Both the position numbers and the translations under genes were made by a program. 64,000 nucleotides of DNA from the NCBI RefSeq assembly GCF_004010195.1, contig NC_057711.1, positions 73,779,399 through 73,843,398 of the forward strand, written 5' to 3'. Positions within the stretch are counted from its first letter, which is position 1. Each line of letters opens with the position of its first letter. Shown here piece by piece: positions 52,305-64,000 of this stretch. This stretch comes from Chiloscyllium plagiosum. Lineage: Eukaryota. Under the pieces are notes generated by a model. It saw only the letters and a program-made list of their open reading frames with translations, did no database searches and was not told where the DNA came from.

Positions 52305-52894
52305 TTGAAGCTCCGACAATGCTGTTTATTTATTCTTTCATGGGATCTGGGTGTCGTTGACAAGGCCAGTGTTTATTGCCAGTCCCTAACAGATGTGACT
52401 TTCTTAGCCAATTGGCAAGGCATTTTGAGAGGAAACCATACCTTGCTTCTGGAATTCAGATTATGTGTTCTTGTCTGGATCAAGGCTATAATGAAGTTTG
52501 GAATCCAGTGACTCTAGCAGAAATCAAACTGAATAGCTGATTATTGGTGAATAGATGTTGTGTTTTGACAATATTTGATAAGTCTTACCTTCACTTCACT
52601 AATGATTGAGCAAACACTAATTGATGATAATTGATCTGATTAGATTTGTCTAACTTCTGTGGGTAGGGCATACTTTAGCAACCTATCACTTTGGTGGTAG
52701 ATATTAATGCACTTTATGCATTTGTTGCGAATGCATTTGTTTAATGTTGCTCCAGTAAAAACAAAAAACTTATAGCAAGCATTTACCTCTTAGACAATAT
52801 TGTTTTTCTTAGGTTATCACACACCTATATGCCTCCATGGTGGTTGTCCATTTGATTATTGGGGACTTTACCAGCAAATTGATCAGTCCTCAAC

Positions 52895-54535
52895 AACTTG
52901 ACTTACTCCACAGGATATCAAGAAATGGTTGGAGGCAATGGATACTGTGTAGGCTGTGGGCTCTAAAAGCATTCCAGCAATAGTATTAAACACATATGCT
53001 GCAGAACTTGCCACACCCCTAGCCAAACAATTCCAGTATAGTTACAACATTGGTATCTATCAGATAATGTGGAATTTTTTCTGGGTATCTCCTATTCACA
53101 AAAAGAAAACACCCAAACTGACCAATTACTGCCCCATCAATCTACTCTCCACCATCAGCAAAATGATATAAGGTGCCATCAACAGTGTTATCGAGTGGCA
53201 ATTGCTCAGCAATAACCTGCTCAGTGTTGCCCAGTTTGGCTTCCACTAGGGCCACTCAGATCCTGCCATCATCATAGCCTTGGTTCAAACATAGACAAAA
53301 CAGCTGAATGCTATAGGTGAGGTGAGAGTGACAGCCCTTGACATCAAGGCTGCATTCAACTGAATGTGGCATGAAAAAGTCCGAGCAAAAATGGAACCAA
53401 TGGAAATTAAGGGAAACCTCTATGCTGGTTGGAATAATGCCTGTTCATTCTGGAAATTGGTTGCAGTTGTTTTAGGACATTCATCTCAGTTCCAGGACAT
53501 CACTACATGAGGTCATCATGACAGTGTCCTTGGCCCATTAATTTCGAGGTGCTTCATTAATTGTTTTTCCTTCATTATAAGCTCAGAAATGGAGATGTTT
53601 GCTGATGATGGCACAATGTTTAGTATTATTCATGACTCCTCAAACACTGAAAGGTCCTTGTTCAAAAGCAGCTTGACCTGGACAATATCCAGGCTTGGGC
53701 TGATAAGTGGCAAATCATACTCACACCACACAAATGCCAGACAATACTTGTCTCCAAAAAGAGTGAATCTAAATATCATCCATGGACAATCAATAATGAA
53801 ACTTAATGGCATTATCAGCACTGAATCTCTCAGATTCAGCATCCTGGGGATGATCATTGACTTGAAACTGAACTGGACTACCCATATAAATTAGGTGGCA
53901 CAAGTAGCAAATGGAATCCTGCAATGTGTAATTCACCTCCTGACTGCCCAAAGCCTGTCCACTATCTATAAGTACATGTGACAGAAACTTCCCAATTGCT
54001 TGGATGGATGCAGCTCCAACAACACTCAAGAAGCTTGACATCATTAAGACAAAGCAATTGTTTGACTTGCAGCGTATTCACAGAAATTCATTTCCTCCAC
54101 TATGGAGGTATAGTGGTGTGTACTATCTGCAAGATGCACTGCAGAAATTCACAAGGCTTCTCAGATGAACATTTTAAACCCAAGGTCACTACTACCTATT
54201 ATGAGGTTAAAAATCAGGTTTTAGTCCAACAGGTTGGTGTTGTGTGATTTTTAACTTTGTACACCCCAGTCCAATACCAGCATTTCTAAATCATGACCCA
54301 GTAGGAGAAGATTAACTAAATGCATGGGAGCATCACTATCTGTAATTTCCTTTCTGAGCAATTTATCATCCTGACTTGGAAATAGGTTGACATTTCTTCA
54401 GTGTCATTGAGTTCAAAATCTTGGAATTCACCCCTAACAACATTGTTGGTGTACCTGTAGCTAGTGGATTACAGCAGCTCACCATCACCCTCTCAAGAGA
54501 ATTAAGAATAGACTACATCCCCTGAATGAATAAAT
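52895..54535 (+). mobile_element. Decayed LINE family 2 RT and 3' region, containing a short family-B insertion at about 54205-54296
   Basis: SPIHKK, NYCPINLLSTISK and MFADDGT in ORFs. Confidence 0.8.
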
Positions 54536-56693
54536 CAAATAACTCTTAACAAAAACTTAAATGTAAATGCGTCTTTCAAATCTTTTCATAACTTCTCTGT
54601 TCAAAAGAGAATAACTTATCATCTCCTACCACACAACTTCATCAAAGTCTCTCAATCATAGTATTGTTCTACTGTATTTCTTCTGCATACTTTCAAAAGC
54701 CTTGACATCTTTTTCATGTGTTGTTCAAATTGAACTTAGTACACCAGCCGAGGTTTGTTTCATGTTTCATATGGATTTAGTATAAATTTCTTACTTTTGC
54801 ACTCTATATCTCTATTAATAATACCAAAGATCTATATGATTTTTAAGTCTTCTCAACTTGTCTTGTCATTTTCAAAGATTTATGGACACACACCCTAGGT
54901 GTCCGTTCCTGTAACACCTTTGATAATTATACCATTTAGTTTATATTGCTTTTCTTCATTCTTCCTATAAAATGCATTCCTTCACACTTTTGTGTTATTT
55001 CATTTGCAGTTTTGTCTGCATATCTTATTAGTCACTCTATGCCCTCTTGATATCTGTTACTATACTCTTTGCTGTTTAATACATTTCACATCACTAGGAA
55101 ACATTGGTGTAATGCCCTGTATATACAACTCATGGCCATTACTATTGAGTGATCTTAAGACAGAGGGCTCACCATTGTAAAATTTCTATCTATTTGAAAA
55201 ACAACCATTACTTGCTGATTTCTACGCCCTTCGTCAATTTGAATTTGTGTTGTCATTACACCTTTAATTTCAGAAGTCTTAATTTTGTTAACAATTCTAT
55301 TATGTGATACTTTATCAAATACATTTTTAAAGTCCATCTACACAACATAAGCTGGACTACTCTAATTAATTTCTCCCTATTACTATTTTAAAGAACTCAA
55401 TCAAGTTGAATAAATCTATGCTGGTTTTTAATTATTAGCCAATAATTTTCCAAATGTCAATTAATTCTGTCTGTGCCTATTGCCCCTAACAGCTGATGTT
55501 AGGCAGATTGACCTTTAATGCCTGGTTTATCCATTTTTACTTATTTTTAAAAGCAAGGTATAAATGTGCACTTACATGCTTCAAATTGCCCATACACTGT
55601 ATTCCAAAATGTTGTTTTCTGGAAGATCAAGGCGTCTTCCATTGTCAGTAATCGCAAGATTAAAGAAAATTGGTGAAAGATTAACTGTTTTCGTCTTTGT
55701 TTTGAGCTTCCTCTTTTAGAGGTTTCTATGCTATGCTCTTCTAGTTCCTAATAATGAGATATGACTTGCACAGAGTAATATCACTGTCAATACATTTGCA
55801 TAATTATGATTAGAAGGAAATATTTTTCACATTATGTCAGGGTCAATTTTCAAAATGTAATTAAAGACCTCTGGGATACTTGAAAATATTTCCTTAATGA
55901 TAACATTTTGAAACTCATAATTTTAAAAAAAAATGTCATGAGATATTGGAATTACTGGCTGGGGCAGCATTTATTGTCTTTCCTTAATGGCATGTGGGAA
56001 GATGGCGACCATCTTTTTGAACCACAACAGTCTATAAGGTGTAGATGCATCCATAGTGCTGTTAGGAAGGGGGTTCCAAAATTTTGACATAACTATAGTC
56101 AAGGGACGGTTATCTGTTTTCAAATCAACATGGCATATGTCTCAGAAGAGAACTTGCAAGAGGTGCTATTCCCACATATCTTCTTCCCTTGTCTTTCTGA
56201 GTATTAAAGATCTTAGATTTGGGAGGTGCAGTTTAAGGAGGCTTTGGTGAGCTACTGCAATGAATCTTGTTAATGGCACATACTACTGCTACTGTGGTCC
56301 ATGGGGGAAGGACGTGAACGGTTAAAGTGGTGCATGGGATGCTACTCATGTGGATTGCTTTGTCCTGAATAGCATCAAGCTTCTTGAATCTTGTTAGAGC
56401 TACACTTATCCAAGCAAGTTGAAGTGTTTCATCACTCTTGAATTCTACCTTGTAGTTATAGACAGGCTTTGGGATGTCAGGATGTGAGTTACTGCAGAAT
56501 TCCCAGCCTCTGGCCTGTTCTTGTAATGACAGGTACTTTTATAATTGATCCCATTCAGTTTTTGATCAATGATATTTTCAAGATTTTAACTGATAGGAAA
56601 CCCATGTAGTTTATACTCTGTGTGTGAATATAGATATTACTAATATTACAATGAAACTTCCTTTGCCTTCAAAAAGAAGCCTTTATTGTTCAA

Positions 56694-56845
56694 CAGGTCA
56701 GGCAGCATCAAAAGAGCTTCTTCAGGAATCTTATGCCCGAAACGTCGATTTTCCTGCTCCTTTGATGCTGCCTGACCTGCTGTGCTTTTCCAGCAACACA
56801 TTTTTAAGCTCTGATCTCCAGCATCTGCAGTCCTCACTTTCTCCT
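56694..56845. mobile_element. Penelope-derived mini-element (family A), partial fold-back
   Basis: Perfect 14-bp TSD cctttattgttcaa at 56680-56693 and 56846-56859. Confidence 0.82.
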
Positions 56846-57571
56846 CCTTTATTGTTCAAGTAGATCTGACACAATCATGTTTCTTTGTCCCATTATCTTG
56901 TCAAAGATCTTGTCAACTTTAACTAACTAAGCATTGGAGGAAAACAGAGTAAGACTCACAGTAGCTTAAGAAATTTACAGTTCTTCAATGAATTGTCGAT
57001 TCTCTAATGATTCATTTTAGAACTGCAGGTGGGAATTATATGATGTGCTAATGTAAATCACCAAACAATATATTTCTCTCATGATGACTTTAAAGTCAAT
57101 ATCTACATAATGTCACTTCTAAGCTACCTGTTGATGTGCATATCAGCACTGTATTTTATTCAGATTGCAGCACATGGATGTTAAAAAAAGGGTTCAAACT
57201 GCTAAATAGTGTCTTAGTTTGTCTTGAATTTAGATTTTGGGTTAATGCATATCTTTCACTCAAGCCCAGCCATCAAGAGAGCAATCACACTTTGTATTGA
57301 GCTGAAGATACTATCTACAATTAATATAATGTTCAGCTTATAGCATCATCATTCATCCACTGAAAAACAAGTAAAATATGCCAAATGCAGGTGAACATGT
57401 ACAGCAGGCAAAACTGGCAAAATCCAAGCATGGATTCAAGTTCATATAATTTAATATCAGTCGATTTGTGAAAACTGTGAGACGTCTGATGGAAAGTTAG
57501 TAATGAACTATAAAAAAAAAGCACCCTTGCATGAATTATTCAAACACACTCAAATTATTGAGCAAACCCAC

Positions 57572-57676
57572 TTTGTCGCCTTCTTCCACCTCGCAGATCT
57601 TCTCTCCTGTGGCAGGGTTACAGGTTGCAAACTTCTTGCCACTGCTGGAGTTGTGCCACTCGTTGTTGATAAAGAT
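57572..57676 (-). CDS. ALDH1A1: ALDH1A exon 2 ([35 protein letters not shown])
   Basis: Acceptor ttgcag, donor gtgggt, 105 nt, IFINNEWH motif. Missed by the ORF track. Confidence 0.96.
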
Positions 57677-58436
57677 CTGCAATAAAACAAACACCTAAAA
57701 ATGGACACCGATTCGAAACAACACCACCGGAAAACAATTCACCCGAAATTCCAGTGACCAGCTGGCTTACCTGATCTTTCAGTTTCCAGTACAATGCAGC
57801 CCTAGTTCTGCCGATACACTAAGCGGGGGGAGGGGGTGGGGGTGCACGCTATTTCAATGTGTGTGTGAATCGTTTAAAGGTTAGCCTGCTTTCTATTAAT
57901 ATTGCACTTTATACATCACATGGGTCAAGGTTCCTGCTGTACACAGTTTCCTCAGAAGTCCCTAAACTCTTTTTTTTTAAAGGAGAACAAGTATTTATCT
58001 GAGAACATGCTTTTTCTCAGTTATCAAGAAACACTTCAATCAGAGTTTTGAGCTCTGGTGAGTTCAGGACCCGCTTATTAGCTGCTCGCTGCAGCTCAGA
58101 TTCTGTCTACAGACTCGCAGTTCTACCGCAGCTCTTGGTAACTTCTATCGGAGCACGCGAAGGGGCACACTTCTGCATTTCTTTAAAAGAAAACAATAAA
58201 ATTGTTACAACCATTATTTCTCGGTCATATATTAGGTTCTTTAGAATTGCACACAAAACGTATCTAAGGCTGAAGAATTCATATTGTTCGGAATTCCATG
58301 TCTATGCATAGATTTTACGTTCAGATTTAGTCCAGTTTATGTTTATATAGAATAACAAATCGGATGGGGACAGCAGGGCTGCAGTCGGCAGAGTTGTAGG
58401 TGCCGGAACTGTGGGGGTTGAAATGCTCGCACTCAC

Positions 58437-58529
58437 CTTGGTGTATCTGATTTGCAGCTCAGTGACTGGCACGGGCACATTGCGGGGAGCGGGCGCTGCA
58501 CTTTCGTGGTCGGGAGCTGGGGCACTCAT
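58437..58529 (-). CDS. ALDH1A1: ALDH1A exon 1 (MSAPAPDHESAAPAPRNVPVPVTELQIRYTK)
   Basis: ATG in cacaacATGa context; 93 nt ending L.I.YTK followed by donor GTGAGT; phase 0 into exon 2. Confidence 0.88.
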
Positions 58530-58700
58530 GTTGTGCTTGTTTGCTTGTGTTCCTGGAATAGGCGTAGTTCAGGTTCAGACACAACAAAGCTTCCTTTCCT
58601 TGCAAAACAATAACTTAAAACAGAAAACAGGACTCGCCTACTTCTGTTGTCAGCCGCAAGGTGTTGAAACAGAATTATTAAACACTACTAACAGTCAGAG

Positions 58701-58713
58701 AACCGATTGGCTG
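58701..58713 (-). promoter_or_regulatory. CCAAT box (NF-Y consensus match) in the proximal promoter
   Basis: Minus strand reads CAGCCAATCGGTT about 180 nt upstream of the ATG; an AT-rich TTTAATAATT lies about 25 nt further downstream (58673-58682). Confidence 0.55.
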
Positions 58714-60629
58714 AAAACACGGTACAGTGCACGGGGCACGTCCAAAGGGCAAATCCCCACCTCTCGGCAACAGCATACAGAATCAAGTCACAGCAGATTG
58801 AAAACTGCCTGTGATCATTGCAATCATTCCTAACTAGTCGAGGTTATAAAGTGACGGTTACTTATTAAATAACTGCTGCATAAACGTCAACATCATGAAA
58901 GCCCATTACTTAAGCAATCATGAAAGATCTGCGCTGTTTAGAGTTGCTGGGTAGATGAGAAATTCATCATTATTTTTAGCCGAATACATTTGAAGTTTAA
59001 TTCAGCAGATCAATACATTTACATATTCGGCTAATAAAACTGACATCAATGCTAATCTCACCTCACTCGAAACACCAGTATCAATTATTGAATTTCTTAC
59101 CAAATCGTCAAAACTGATTTTTAAAAATTCTTATTCAGGGATGTAGGCGCCGCTGGCTAGCCAGAATTTATTGCCCATTCCTTGTTAATATTGAGGCGCC
59201 TTCTTGAATCGCTGCGGTCCATACACCTTAGGTTGGCACACAATACCCAGGATTTTGACCTCGATGCGGTGAATGAATGGCGATATATTTTCAGGCCAGG
59301 ACTGTGAGTGACTTGGAGGGGAACTTGAAGTGGTGGTGTTCCCGTGTATTTGACCTTGTCCTACTAGATGGAAGTGTTAGTGGGTTTTAAAGGTGTTGTC
59401 TCACGATCTTTGATGAAATTTTTGTAGTGTATCTTGTATTCATTGGCTAACACATCGCCTGAGATTTGCACTTGTCAGATTTCTGGCTCTTCTTGCACAT
59501 ATTAAATCACTGGTACTTTTCCTTGCTATGTAATCACAAAATATTAAACCATACAAATTAATGTAGTTGCTGAATCTTCCTTCCTTGACTTTGAACCCTT
59601 CCACTTTATTACCTCCATTTTCCCATTGACCTTGTTACTTTGCCATATAAAAAAAATTGCTCACACTTACATTTACACTGTGACTTTCAGGTCTGCAGGA
59701 TACACATTTTATGATCAATGAAGTACTTTTTGAAATGTAGTCACTGTTGTAACACAGAAAATACATTTGTATACAGCCGCATCTCAAGTATACTATTGTG
59801 ATAGCGACCAGATTGGTTCAAGGCTAAATAGTGACCAGAAAAGCAGGAAAAAAAATTCATGCTGTTTTCTACGTGGTGTCATTTTGCATCTACTTGAGCT
59901 GGAAAGGTCTGTTTAATGCTTCATCGAGCAAACAGAACTTCTGAATGTCAGGCCAGGTTTTATGTTCAAGACCCAAAATTAATGCACAACCGTCTGAGTC
60001 AGAGGCTAGAATACAAATATTGAACCTTGAATGGCCTAATTTCAAAATGCCTACGATCTACTAAAGGATGCATTAGCATTACAAACTAAGCATAATTCCA
60101 GTGTGCATGACAAAACTAAGTTGTATGCCGTGATTGAGTGTAGAATGAAATATGCAGGCTTATTAAACCTCTGACATTTTATAAATCTTTCTGAAGCTAA
60201 TCTGAGTCCATACTATGTGAATACTTCCATGATTCAGCAGCTGCATATAATTAAGAATTTTAATTCATTTTAATCACTTATGTTTATCATTCTGTACTTG
60301 AGTTAATCAGAAGAAATAAGCAACAGTCAAGTATTGAATTCAGTCCATATTTCAGTATGACCTTCATAACCAACTTACTTTGTAACTTTGTATTTATATC
60401 ATGAAATCTTTCCTAGTAATGGGTTAAGTTACATATGCAAGTTGTACCTGGAATCATAGAATCAAAGTGCATTGATTCTTACTGTTCCAGCTCCATTTAG
60501 TACAATCACTATTTCCCCATATTTTATGTGAACCCTATAGCTTATGGCAGATGGTTGAATTTGAATTAAAAGAAACAACCCGGTACTAAGAAGTCTAACA
60601 ATTACTATGTTGATCCACTGTTGTTTTTT

Positions 60630-60975
60630 TCTTATTCATTTATGTGATCTGTACATCACTGGCTAGGTTAGCAATTATTAGTCAGGCCTAATTGCTCAGA
60701 GGGCTGTTGAGAGTCAATCACATTACTATGGTTCTGAAGTCACATGTAGACCGGACCAGGTAATGACATTAGTTTCCTTACAGAAAGGATATTAGTGAAG
60801 CAGGTGGGTTTTTTCCATCAATCAATAGCACTTTCAGTATTAGACTTTTAAATCCATATTTTTATTGAATTCAACTTCCACTATCTACTTGGTAGAATTT
60901 GAATCCAGATCCACAGAACATTACCTGAGTTTCTGAAATAATAATCTTGTGATAATGCCACAAGACCATTACTTC
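60630..60975 (-). mobile_element. SINE family 2 copy
   Basis: Aligns by eye with 43715-44058. Confidence 0.7.
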
Positions 60976-60984
60976 TCCAAAGAA

Positions 60985-63900
60985 GCCCATTTGGTTCACT
61001 AATGTTCTTTAGGGAAAGAAATCTGTTGCCCTTATCTGATCTGGCCAGCATATGCTTCCAGACTGCTTGCAATGCAGTTGACTCTTAACTGTCCTCTGAA
61101 GTGGTCTAGCAACTTGTTAATAAAATCTCAAAAAGGGGGAAAAAACTTGACAGACTACTTGACATCAACCGAGGCACAACAATAGCAAACCTAGTTCAAT
61201 TGAACCTGCAAAGTCTATCTTACCAATTTCGAGCCAAAATCGGGAGAGCTCTCTCACAGATTGGCAAATCAGAAGCCTAACACAGTTATATTCATGAAAT
61301 CAAAACTTGTAATGTCTCAGTCATCATCATTATTATCACCTCAGGTATGTCCTGTTCCACCAGTAGAACCAAGCAGAGGTAGTGGCACAGTAGTATATAC
61401 ACTCGGATGGGACTTACCCTGAAAATCCACAAATGTTGACTCGCATGACATCAGGTCAATCATGGGCAAGGAAACATCCTGCTGATTATTACATTCTGCC
61501 ACTGTCTTGCCTGCACCCCCTCAGCTGGTCAATCGTACAAACATCCAAACAAGAGTAGACCACTCAGCCCTTTGAGCTTGCTCCACCATTCATAAAATCA
61601 TGGTTAATCTCATTTTAACTCTCAACTCTACATTCCTGCATAAGCAAGAATCTACCAATCTCTGCCTTAAAAACGTTTGAATATTCTGCATCCATTGACA
61701 TTTGAGGGTGGGAATTCCAAAGACCTACAACCCTCTGAGAGAAACTAAGATTTCTTCATCTTTGTTTTAAATGGGCACCCTGTTATCTTTAACTTCTGAC
61801 TCAGTAGTCCTCCATGTTGTACACCACTTGGAAATAGCAGTGATGGTGGCAAGGGTTTAGAAATTACTTGGGATGTAGGCTTTCAATGTCTATCATCAAG
61901 CATGGTTCAGCAGCACCATTATTGATTGAACTTGTCCAGTCCTAAAGGACATAGCTACTAGACTTTATCAACAGGAGGTGGTGAGTAAAGTACCAGGTGA
62001 AAAAGCAAGACAAATCCAACACAGTCAATTACAATCCCATTGTAAAGAGAACAAAAACTCAATAAAATCATTACCAAACTGCCTACCGGAGATGCTTGTG
62101 TCCATGATGATGTCCATGTATTGGTAGGAGTGATTACTGCACAGCCTTGTAGGGGCAAAGTCCTGTCTTCAAATTAAGAATCCAACATGTCGTGTGGAGC
62201 AATTACCATTGTAAATGGGATAGAATTCAAACAGATTGAACAACATTGGGCATCCTTGTGGCACAGTGAGCTACCTGCAGTATCCAAATTGTATTTCAAC
62301 ACAATCTGCAACCTAATGGATTGGCATATGCCCCTCTCTAACATTGCTATCAAGCAAAGGGATCAACAGTAGTTCAGTGAAGAGTATGAGAGGATCAGAA
62401 GCAGCTCCAGGGATGCATAAGAAAAAGAAGTGGTCTCCTTGAGTGCCAAACAGCATAAGCAGCATTTGAGAGTGAGAGCTAATCAAATCCACAACCAATG
62501 CTATGGATTTAAGCTCTTCAGTCCTGTCACATCCAGTTTTGAATGACATTGGACAATTATCACCATCCTCAATATTGACAGCATCTATGAGACTGGGACA
62601 AAGTTAATGTTTCGAGTCCGATTTGACTCTCCAGAAAACCAACTGGTGATGCTACAACAAAGGGCCACTTCCAAGTCAAACAATGGAAGCAGAATACCAT
62701 AGTCAGTGTTAAGTGATCCCGTAAACAAAAATCAGATCTTAGTTCTACAGTCTTGTCATGTCCAGTAATGAATGGTGGTGGACAATTCAACAACAAGCAG
62801 GAAGAGGAGGTTCCACAATTATCATGATAGTCAATGATGGGGGAGTCCAGCACAGCAGCACAAAAGTTAAAACTGAAATATTCACAATAATTTTCAGTCA
62901 GAAGTGCCAAGTGAATGATTCATCATGGTCTCCTCAGCATTACAGATGCCAGTCTTCACCCAATTGGATTCACTCCACAAATATCAAACAATGGCTGAAG
63001 GCATTTGATACTACAGAGACTATGGGCTCCAGCAACATTCATACAATAAAACTGCAGGCTTGTGTTCCAGAATTTGCCATTTCCTGGCCAAATTGTTCCA
63101 GTACATTGACAACATAGGTATCTACCTGACATGTGGAAAATTACCCAGGTATATCCTGTACACAAAAAGCAGAACAAAACCAACCTGAAACAATTACTAC
63201 CCTATTTTGTCTAGTCTCAATCACCAGTAAGTGGTGGAAAGGGTCATCAACAGTGCTATTAATCAGCACTTACATGGCAATAACCTGTTCAGTACCATTT
63301 CATTTGAGTTCTGCCAGGTCCACTCAACTCCTGGCCTCATTATAGACTTGGTTCAAACATGGACCAAATGGCTGAATTTGGGAGATGAGGAGACAGTGAC
63401 TGCCCATGACTTCAAAACTGTATTTGTCCAAGTCAAGGAGCCATGGCAAAACTAGAGTTAATGGGGATCAGAAGCGAACTCTCTTCTGGGGCATCATACA
63501 TAGTATAAAAGAAGATGTTTGGACTGTTGGAGATTCAGCTCCAAGACATACATGGAGGAGTTCCTCAGGGTAGTGTCCTAGACCCAATCACCTTCAGATG
63601 CTGCATTCACGATCTTCTTTCCATCATAAGATCAGGCATGGGCATATTCACTGATGATTTCATAATGTTCAGCACTATTTGCAACTCTCAGATACTGAAG
63701 CAGTGAGATCTGAACAATAATTAGATCTGAGCTAACAAGTGGCAAGTTACATTTGCACTATGCAAGTACTAGGGCATAGCCATCTCCAACAAGGAATAAG
63801 CTAAACATCCACCTTCAACAATACCATCACCAAACCCCCACTACCAATGTTCTGGTGGTTGCCGTTGACACGAAACTGAACTCAACTATCCATACCAACG
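60985..63900 (+). mobile_element. Decayed LINE family 2 (5' region to RT; probably more than one copy), with a CR1 3' UTR fragment inserted at about 61535-61800
   Basis: GGVPQGSVLDP and IFTDD in ORF 63515..63706; similar to 52895-54535. Confidence 0.72.
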
Positions 63901-63919
63901 TAGTGTGAGAGGCCAGAGT

Positions 63920-64000
63920 GATTAGATTAGATTACCTACAGTGTGTAAACAGGCCCTTCGGCCTAATAAGACCACATCGACCCTCCAAAGGGTAACCCAC
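63920..64000 (-). mobile_element. SINE/CR1-type 3' tail, truncated by the window end
   Basis: (ATTAG)n followed by acctacagtgtgtaaacaggcccttcggcc. Confidence 0.75.

Larger units (their letters stand above)
13539..58529 (-). other. ALDH1A1: Aldehyde dehydrogenase 1 family member A1-like (retinaldehyde dehydrogenase) gene, coding exons 1-9; 3' part runs off the window start
   Basis: Nine GT-AG exons splice in frame. Sizes of exons 2-9 match the vertebrate ALDH1A structure as I recall it. Motifs recalled as 1A1-type: [42 protein letters not shown](L)A, GNPL...VT.GPQ. Paralog assignment is from remembered sequences, not a search. Confidence 0.85.
57570..58790. promoter_or_regulatory. CpG-enriched region over promoter, exon 1, intron 1 and exon 2
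   Basis: CG dinucleotides are visibly much more frequent than in the CpG-depleted remainder, and the stretch has no recognisable transposons. Not computed. Confidence 0.55.

Noticed and set aside
58411..58833. 140-aa plus-strand ORF antisense to exon 1 with a signal-peptide-like start
   Set aside because: It begins at GTG, has no recognisable domain and is explained by the GC-rich promoter/exon 1 sequence.

Overview
This is eukaryotic, AT-rich, repeat-dense vertebrate DNA. The repeat mix (CR1 LINEs, tRNA-derived SINEs with CR1-like tails, Penelope-like elements) suggests a shark or other elasmobranch, which is an inference. The one real gene is on the minus strand: coding exons 1-9 of a cytosolic retinaldehyde dehydrogenase, best read as ALDH1A1. 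I reconstructed all nine exons by hand. Each intron boundary is GT-AG, and the exons are 93/105/141/130/62/129/114/103/185 nt (1062 nt, 354 codons, one open frame) with the catalytic Asn, Glu and Cys intact. Exons 10 onward lie beyond position 1. A CpG-rich promoter with a CCAAT box sits upstream of exon 1. The introns are filled with decayed CR1 and other LINEs, SINEs, two Gypsy-type LTR retrotransposon relics (one Gmr1/SCAN-like), a Harbinger Myb/SANT relic and many Penelope-derived insertions. Most Penelope-derived insertions are fold-back (antisense then sense), have 11-16 bp target-site duplications (TSDs) and carry hammerhead-ribozyme-like cores. Most ORFs in the supplied track are transposon fragments or chance ORFs. 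I found no convincing wholly new system; the fold-back Penelope mini-elements and several local template-switch duplications are the best leads.
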